A stretch of DNA of 64,000 nt from a bacterium (GTDB taxonomy: Bacteria > UBA8248): assembly GCA_965202625.1 (NCBI GenBank), contig CBDBBI010000010.1, forward strand, positions 2,752,001 to 2,816,000. The letters are read 5' to 3'. The notes beneath the pieces are model-generated. The model was not told the origin of the DNA. It saw only the letters and a list, made by a program, of their open reading frames with translations, and ran no database searches. This document shows, piece after piece, positions 58,558 through 64,000 of this stretch (position 1 is the stretch's first letter; each line of letters opens with the position of its first letter). The translations under genes and the position numbers were made by a program.

Positions 58558-59553
58558 TCAGCCGGCGGGGTAGCGTGGCTTTCCGCCTCTTAAGACGCGA
58601 AGCACGTCCGTCGCCGCCTTTCGCCTCATGTCCTCCAGGGCGGCCGTGCTGTACCATGCGCCGTGCGGCGTGATGAGGCAGTTGGACAGACCGAGCAGCG
58701 GGTGGCTTCCGGGCGGGGGCTCCTCCCGCAGCACGTCGATCCCCGCGCCCCGGATGGCGCCTTTCTCCAAAGCGGAGGCGAGTGCCCCCTCATCCACCAG
58801 TTCGCCGCGCGCCACGTTGATCAGAACGGCTTCCGGCTTCATGCGTTCGAGTGCTTGCGCACTCACCAGTCCCCTCGTTTCGGGCGTGAGGGGCGCGTGC
58901 AGGGAGACGTAGTCCGCCTCCCGCCAAATGCGCGCGAGCGGGACTTTCCGGGCGCGCAGTTTCGTGAACGCCGATTCCGCAGCGAAGGGATCTTGGGCGA
59001 TTATCCGCATTCCGAAGGCGCGCGCCTTCCTCGCCAGAGAGGCGCCGATTCTCCCGAGGCCCACGACGCCAAGGGTGGCGCCCCGAAGCGGAGCGATGGG
59101 CCGGAGAGAGGCGATTCCCCATCCGCCTTTTTTGACTTCCTCCGCCCCCTCGCCGAGTTTTCTCGCGAAGAACAGGAGCATCGCCATGGCGTGGTCCGAT
59201 ACTTCCTCGATGCAGTAATCGGGAACGAAAGCGACCTGTATCCCCTTTTCTCGCGCGGCCTGGAGGTCAACGTTGTCCACTCCCACGCCGCCGCGCGCGA
59301 GGATTTTGCAGCGCTTCAGGCGTGAGACGACCTCGGCGGTGAACTTGGGAGCCGCGCCGATGATGACGCCCTCCGCCTCCGCGCAGAGCGCGGCCAGGGA
59401 GTTCGGGTCCGCCCCCATGCCCTGGATCAGGCGGCAGCCCAGAGGGGAGAGTATCTCCTCCTCAATGGTGGGCGGCCCGAAGCGCGTTCCGGCGAGGGCG
59501 ACGATAGGGCCATCCTCCTCGCTCGGGTCTAGAGCTCTCTCAGCATTCCCCAT
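58558..59553 (-). CDS. D-2-hydroxyacid dehydrogenase (CtBP-like)
   Basis: GVGVDNVD, VPDYCIEEVSDH, GLGRIG, NVARG and TPHGAWYS. Confidence 0.88.
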   Translation of the reverse strand: MGNAERALDPSEEDGPIVALAGTRFGPPTIEEEILSPLGCRLIQGMGADPNSLAALCAEAEGVIIGAAPKFTAEVVSRLKRCKILARGGVGVDNVDLQAAREKGIQVAFVPDYCIEEVSDHAMAMLLFFARKLGEGAEEVKKGGWGIASLRPIAPLRGATLGVVGLGRIGASLARKARAFGMRIIAQDPFAAESAFTKLRARKVPLARIWREADYVSLHAPLTPETRGLVSAQALERMKPEAVLINVARGELVDEGALASALEKGAIRGAGIDVLREEPPPGSHPLLGLSNCLITPHGAWYSTAALEDMRRKAATDVLRVLRGGKPRYPAG

Positions 59554-60344
59554 TTTTGCACCGTGGCGACTTCGAGCGAGCGGAGAACGAGACGTTCGAC
59601 GGCGAAGCCCAGAAAACCGATGATGATGATGCCGCCGTAGATGACGGCGCTGTTGAGCGTCTCCTGGGCGTCGAATATCCGGACGCCCAGGCCCATCTCC
59701 GGCGAGGCGAGCAACTCGCCGGCCAGAAGCACGCGCCAGGCGCGGGCGAAGCCGATGCGCCATCCGGAGATGACTACGGGCAGTGCGCCGGGCAGCAGGA
59801 TGCGCACCAGCAGGGAGAAGCCTTTCGTCTCCATGGAGCGGGCCGCGTTCACGAGCGTTTCGTTCACGGTCTTCACGCCCACCCAGGTGTTGAGCACGAT
59901 GGGAATGCAAGTGGCGAAGGAGATGGTGATGACGACGGCTTTTTCCGTCAGTCCCCAAAAGAGAATCGTCGCCGGAAACAGGGCGATGCCGGGTATCGTG
60001 CTGAAGAAGTTCACCACGGGAACGAATATCCACTCGATGGTCCTGGAGGCGCCCATGATGACGCCCACTATCGTTCCCGCGATGAGGGCGAAAAGCAAGG
60101 AGACGAACAACCGGAGAATCGAAGTCCCCACGTGGGTGATGAGCAGGCCGTTGAGAGTCTCGTCCACCATGGTCAGAAATATCGTGTAGATGCGCGGAAA
60201 CAGGGTAGGGGGCACCAGCTCCATCCAGCTCACGAATTCCCAGAGGGCCAGAAGCAGCGCGATGGGCAGGATGTTCTCCATCAGGGCGCGGCTGAAGAAC
60301 TGGAATTTTGCCGCCCGCCCGGATTTGATCTCGCCTTGTGCCAT
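59529..60344 (-). CDS. ABC permease, nitrate/sulfonate/taurine (SsuC/TauC) family
   Basis: TM helices, LVNAARSM, LPGALP and AWRVLLAGE. Confidence 0.88.
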   Translation of the reverse strand: MAQGEIKSGRAAKFQFFSRALMENILPIALLLALWEFVSWMELVPPTLFPRIYTIFLTMVDETLNGLLITHVGTSILRLFVSLLFALIAGTIVGVIMGASRTIEWIFVPVVNFFSTIPGIALFPATILFWGLTEKAVVITISFATCIPIVLNTWVGVKTVNETLVNAARSMETKGFSLLVRILLPGALPVVISGWRIGFARAWRVLLAGELLASPEMGLGVRIFDAQETLNSAVIYGGIIIIGFLGFAVERLVLRSLEVATVQKWGMLREL

Positions 60345-60413
60345 GCCGCTCAAAAGGGTTTCTCCCCCATTTCTCTCCGGCCCATCCAGGGGCCGGAGAG
60401 GGAAAAGGTCCGC

Positions 60414-61466
60414 TTAATTGGCGGCCACCGCTTTTTCCACGAAGCGGTTGTCCACGTAATCCTCAAGGGGCGGGGCCGTCTTGATGCGTCCGAGCTTGCG
60501 CAGAATGTCCTGGTTCGCCTTCATGTCGGCTATCATCGCCGCGTCCCAGACGTGGTTCCTGAAGGCGAGGATATCGACGAAGAAGCGCGCGTCCGCCATC
60601 TCGAGCTTCTTGCCGCGTCGGGTGCTGAACGTATGGAACAGCCGGGCGGCGTCCTCCCGGTTCGCCTCGATCCATTTCTTCGCGTTCACCCAGGCGTTGA
60701 CGACCTTCTGCACCACCTGCGGGTGTTTCTGGATGAAGCTCGTGCGGGTGTAAAGCAGGAAGGGATACGGCACCTCGGCCACGCGCTCGATCTCCTTCTC
60801 GCCGATTATCTGGCGTCCCAGACCCCGGTTGAGGATCGAGCGCGCGAACGGATACCAGGGGACGGCGGCGTCGATGTTGCCGGTGCCCATGGCGGCGGCG
60901 ATTCTGGAGGTGCGGATGTAGCGCATCTTGAACATGCTCTCGTTCAGGCCGATCTTGTCCAGGTAGCGCAGCCAGGCGACGTGGGTACCCGAGCCCTTCT
61001 GAATGGCGATGGACTTGCCCTTGAGGTCGGCCATCGTCTTTGAGGTCGTATCGTCTTTTTTCACGATGACGGTGGCGAGGAAGCCCGTGTTGTTCACGGC
61101 CACCGTCTTCATGTTCCAGCCCCTTGCGGACCACTGGACGAGGCGTCCGTTCGCGGCGGTCCCAAAGTCCATGGAGCCGCCATAAACAGACGAAAGCGCC
61201 TGGGAGCCGCTTTTGAGCGGTCGGCCATTGACGTTCAGTCCCTCTTTTTTCAAAAAGCCTTTTTCGATGGCCACGAGGGGAACGATGGCCGTCGCGCTCT
61301 CTGAATAGGCCAGGCGCACCGTTTTGACGACGTCGCGCTCCTTGGCCAGGGGGGTGACTTTTTTCTTTTTTTTCGCGGCGTCGGCGCCCATCGGGGGGAT
61401 GAGCGACGCAGCGAGAAGAGCGATGACGGCGATGGAGAGATGCTTCCAGGTTCGTTTCCGCAACAT
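60414..61466 (-). CDS. ABC substrate-binding protein, SsuA/TauA/NMT1 family
   Basis: Signal peptide, AIEKGFLKKEGL, DLKGKSIA and WYP. Confidence 0.88.
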   Translation of the reverse strand: MLRKRTWKHLSIAVIALLAASLIPPMGADAAKKKKKVTPLAKERDVVKTVRLAYSESATAIVPLVAIEKGFLKKEGLNVNGRPLKSGSQALSSVYGGSMDFGTAANGRLVQWSARGWNMKTVAVNNTGFLATVIVKKDDTTSKTMADLKGKSIAIQKGSGTHVAWLRYLDKIGLNESMFKMRYIRTSRIAAAMGTGNIDAAVPWYPFARSILNRGLGRQIIGEKEIERVAEVPYPFLLYTRTSFIQKHPQVVQKVVNAWVNAKKWIEANREDAARLFHTFSTRRGKKLEMADARFFVDILAFRNHVWDAAMIADMKANQDILRKLGRIKTAPPLEDYVDNRFVEKAVAAN

Positions 61467-61564
61467 GGGCGTTCCTCCTCAAACGATATGGATTCCTGAC
61501 GACGGCTCCGAAAAAACGTTCTTCGCACTTCGCAACACCTCAGAATGGGCGCATACGCCCGTTC

Positions 61565-62341
61565 TCAGCGGTTCTCATCCTGCGTTTCGATCAGGCTGGC
61601 GAGATATCTTTCCATCTCCACGAAATCCGGTGCCAGAATGTCGCGGGGACGCTTCAAATCAATCTTCACCTCCTCGGTGATGCGGCCCGGCCGCGCGCTC
61701 ATGACGATGACGCGGTCGGCGAGAAAGGCGGCCTCGCGCACGTCGTGGGTGATGAACATGACCGTTTTTTTCGTCTTCTCCCACACGTCGACGAGCACGC
61801 GCTGGAGTGCGGAGCGCGTCTGGGCGTCGAGGGCGCCGAAGGGCTCGTCCATGAGCAGAAGTTCCGGCTCCAGGGCGAGCGCCCGGGCGATGGCCACTCG
61901 CTGGCGCATTCCGCCCGATAGCCGGTTGGGAAAGGTTTTCTCGAATCCCTGGAGCGACATGAGACGGATGTAGTGATTCGCGATTCCCTCGTGCTTGCTC
62001 TCAGGAATTCTTTTCTGCCGGACTCCGTAGAGGATGTTGGAGCGCACGTCCTGCCAGGGGAAGAGGGCGAAGTCCTGGAACACGACTCCCCGGTTGAGAC
62101 CCGGGCCCGACAGCGGTTTGCCGTCCAGCGTGATCTCGCCGGCCGACTTGGGGTACAAGCCCGCCAGAATCATCAGCATGGTGGATTTTCCGCATCCGCT
62201 GGGGCCGATGATGCAGACGAACTCGTTGTCCTGAATCTCGATGTTGACGTCGTCGATGGCGCGTATCTCGCGAACGCTGCCAAAGCCCTCGTTGACGGAG
62301 AACGTTTTCCGAAGCCCCTGAATCGAGAGTTTTGACGCCAT
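61565..62341 (-). CDS. ABC ATP-binding protein, SsuB/TauB/NrtD family
   Basis: GPSGCGKST, LSGGMRQR, MDEPFGALDAQTR and MSARPG. Confidence 0.92.
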   Translation of the reverse strand: MASKLSIQGLRKTFSVNEGFGSVREIRAIDDVNIEIQDNEFVCIIGPSGCGKSTMLMILAGLYPKSAGEITLDGKPLSGPGLNRGVVFQDFALFPWQDVRSNILYGVRQKRIPESKHEGIANHYIRLMSLQGFEKTFPNRLSGGMRQRVAIARALALEPELLLMDEPFGALDAQTRSALQRVLVDVWEKTKKTVMFITHDVREAAFLADRVIVMSARPGRITEEVKIDLKRPRDILAPDFVEMERYLASLIETQDENR

Positions 62342-62518
62342 GACAGCTCCTTGAGGCGCACTTGGACGCATCCGCCTGAAGAGCAAACGCCGACCGCGGC
62401 GAACGATTGGTGATGGACGCATTATAGGGGCGGAATGGATGGATGTAAAAGGGGGGGCCATGCGCAAGCGAAAACGCCGCGACCGAAGCGGCCGCGGCGT
62501 TCAATCGGCGAGGCGGAG

Positions 62519-62830
62519 CTAGCGCAGCACGTTGCCCTCTTTGCGCGGCGGATCGTTCGCCGGACGAGGCTCGACCGGCTCGTTGTTTTTGAAGTCGGGG
62601 GCGAGCTCCGCGTTGATGGCCGCCCATGCGGGATCGTCATCCTCGGTTTCCAGGATGGCGTCAATCGGGCACTCTGGCTGGCAAACGCCGCAGTCGATGC
62701 ACTCCTCAGGATCGATGATCAGGAAGGGTTCTCCCTTGTACTCGCCTGGGTGCATACAGTCCACTGGACAGACGCTCACGCACGTCGCGTAGCGTTCGCC
62801 CAGGCATTTCTCCCCGATGACAAATGTCAT
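62519..62830 (-). CDS. 7Fe-type ferredoxin (FdxA-like)
   Basis: C-x7-C-x3-CP and IDPEECIDCGVCQPECP. Confidence 0.9.
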   Translation of the reverse strand: MTFVIGEKCLGERYATCVSVCPVDCMHPGEYKGEPFLIIDPEECIDCGVCQPECPIDAILETEDDDPAWAAINAELAPDFKNNEPVEPRPANDPPRKEGNVLR

Positions 62831-63338
62831 GGATGATTCCCTCCTTCAGATGATGAAAATTCCTGCCGATTTAAACCCGGAGAGAATGACGCTCCGGCGA
62901 TTCGTCGTTCCCCGACTCCCGTTTCTCCTGCGACACCTCAAGCGCGTCGAATGCTACCAGATGCCATTCAGGAAAATCAAGGGTCGGGACCCACAAATTT
63001 CAGAATCGGCTGAGCCAGGCCGCGCTTTATTCCGCGGGCTTCGGGGAGGCGTCGAAAATTCTTCCGGGCACCAGGAGCAGACGGATGCGAAGCGGACCTG
63101 CGGGAACGATGGGAGCATGACGCCGGCCGGGACGGTTCCGCTGTGCGGGATGGAGGGCGGACGAGTCCGATGCGCCGCGCGAGAACAGGCACCTTCAGGG
63201 AAGGCGGCGCGGCGCGCGGCTGGGCCGGAAAGCGTGATAAACACGAAGAGACGTATCAGATGAAGCGCGCCTACCTCCTCCTCTGGACGGACAGGAGAGA
63301 GCGGACGCGCGCATTCGAAACGTGAAGGGGCGGAGGAT

Positions 63339-63800
63339 TTAGTTCGCCACCCTCAGCCGGTAATCGGGCGTCGGGTTCAGGGGGCATGAATAATAATAAT
63401 CCCCCGCTTTCAGGGTGATGGGGTAGTCCTGCGTTTTCCCCTTCACGAGGCCGCCGCCCGATATTTTCGGCAGAGTGAAGCGTCCCAGGCCCGCCCCCCG
63501 CAAATAAAAGCCGAGCGCATAGGGCACGTTCTTGTTCGTCACCCGAAAGACGTATCGACCCGGTTTGAGCGTGATGGTCTTCGCGCTCGCCAGACGCTTC
63601 TCCTCGTTTTGGGAGTTGAGCGCCCTGCAATCGGCCGACGCCTTGGTCTTGAAGCCATGGTCCTTGCCCTCGGGCTCGGTGAATTGGCATCCCGTCTGGG
63701 TAAGGGTGATGATGGTCGGCTCGGCGTTCACGGGCGTCGATGCGAGGCACAGGGTGGACGCTGCAAAGAGAATCACAAACGCCTTTTGGATGTTTTGCAT
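63339..63800 (-). CDS. Exported cupredoxin-fold-like protein
   Basis: Signal peptide, LTQTGCQF, LKPGRYVFRVTN and LKAGDYYYSCPLNPTP. Confidence 0.6.
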   Translation of the reverse strand: MQNIQKAFVILFAASTLCLASTPVNAEPTIITLTQTGCQFTEPEGKDHGFKTKASADCRALNSQNEEKRLASAKTITLKPGRYVFRVTNKNVPYALGFYLRGAGLGRFTLPKISGGGLVKGKTQDYPITLKAGDYYYSCPLNPTPDYRLRVAN

Positions 63801-63949
63801 GGCTTTGTTTCCCCTTTGGAGTGCATTTTCCAAAAGTCCCCCCGGCGGAATGAAACGCCGGGGGGATTGGACTGCCGGGGGGGATTGGACTGAAAGCCGG
63901 CACCGCTTTCGAGAGACGAAAGACGCTCGCTCAAAGGACGTGCGCTGGA

Positions 63950-64000
63950 CTAATTCTTCTTCTTCATCATGCCGTCTTTCTTCATCATCGCGTCATCTTT
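63950..64000 (-). CDS. 3' end of a Met/Lys/Asp-rich (pentapeptide MXKDX-like) repeat protein (partial)
   Basis: The minus strand reads KDDAMMKKDGMMKKKN*. Confidence 0.6.
   Translation of the reverse strand, partial: KDDAMMKKDGMMKKKN

Noticed and set aside
55316-61043. Long antisense or alternative-frame ORFs (e.g. 55316-56890, 59556-61043; also 41419-43029, 36057-37283)
   Set aside because: These are shadow ORFs of well-supported genes, expected at high GC, with no recognisable motifs.
62519-62830. Missing second Cys in the first ferredoxin motif as a defect or Sec site
   Set aside because: The codon is a normal sense codon, and the pattern fits the 3Fe-4S site of 7Fe ferredoxins.
1-64000. 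Genome-wide TGA reassignment (code 4 or 25) as the explanation for the in-frame TGAs
   Set aside because: Many genes end cleanly at TGA, including coupled ATGA/GTGA overlaps (4529-4532, 48029-48032), and Trp uses TGG. Only two TGAs fall at catalytic Cys positions.

Overview
A GC-rich bacterial chromosomal window of about 55 genes with no integrase, transposase or CRISPR array. It carries an LPS core and O-antigen cluster (1-11 kb), dacA and dapA, two ABC importers, a long run of catabolic and redox enzymes, tRNA-Val(TAC), a zur-znuCB/znuA zinc locus with a Zur box, and a Csu-type chaperone-usher pilus operon. Three defence-type genes are scattered singly: a fused type IIG-like restriction-modification enzyme, an orphan M.EcoRV-like methyltransferase and a tRNA-adjacent GIY-YIG nuclease. 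The main signal hidden from the ORF track is two genes split by an in-frame TGA exactly at the catalytic cysteine: an OsmC/Ohr-like peroxidase (25907-26461) and a two-domain rhodanese (57684-58529). Each TGA is followed by a G-initiated tri-loop hairpin 19-20 nt downstream, so both are probable selenoproteins with a shared SECIS geometry. Also notable are a 213-aa protein made of two ~100-aa repeats that I cannot assign to a family, a 353-bp near-perfect tandem duplication, and several pseudogenes. All family calls are from motif recognition only; no searches were run.
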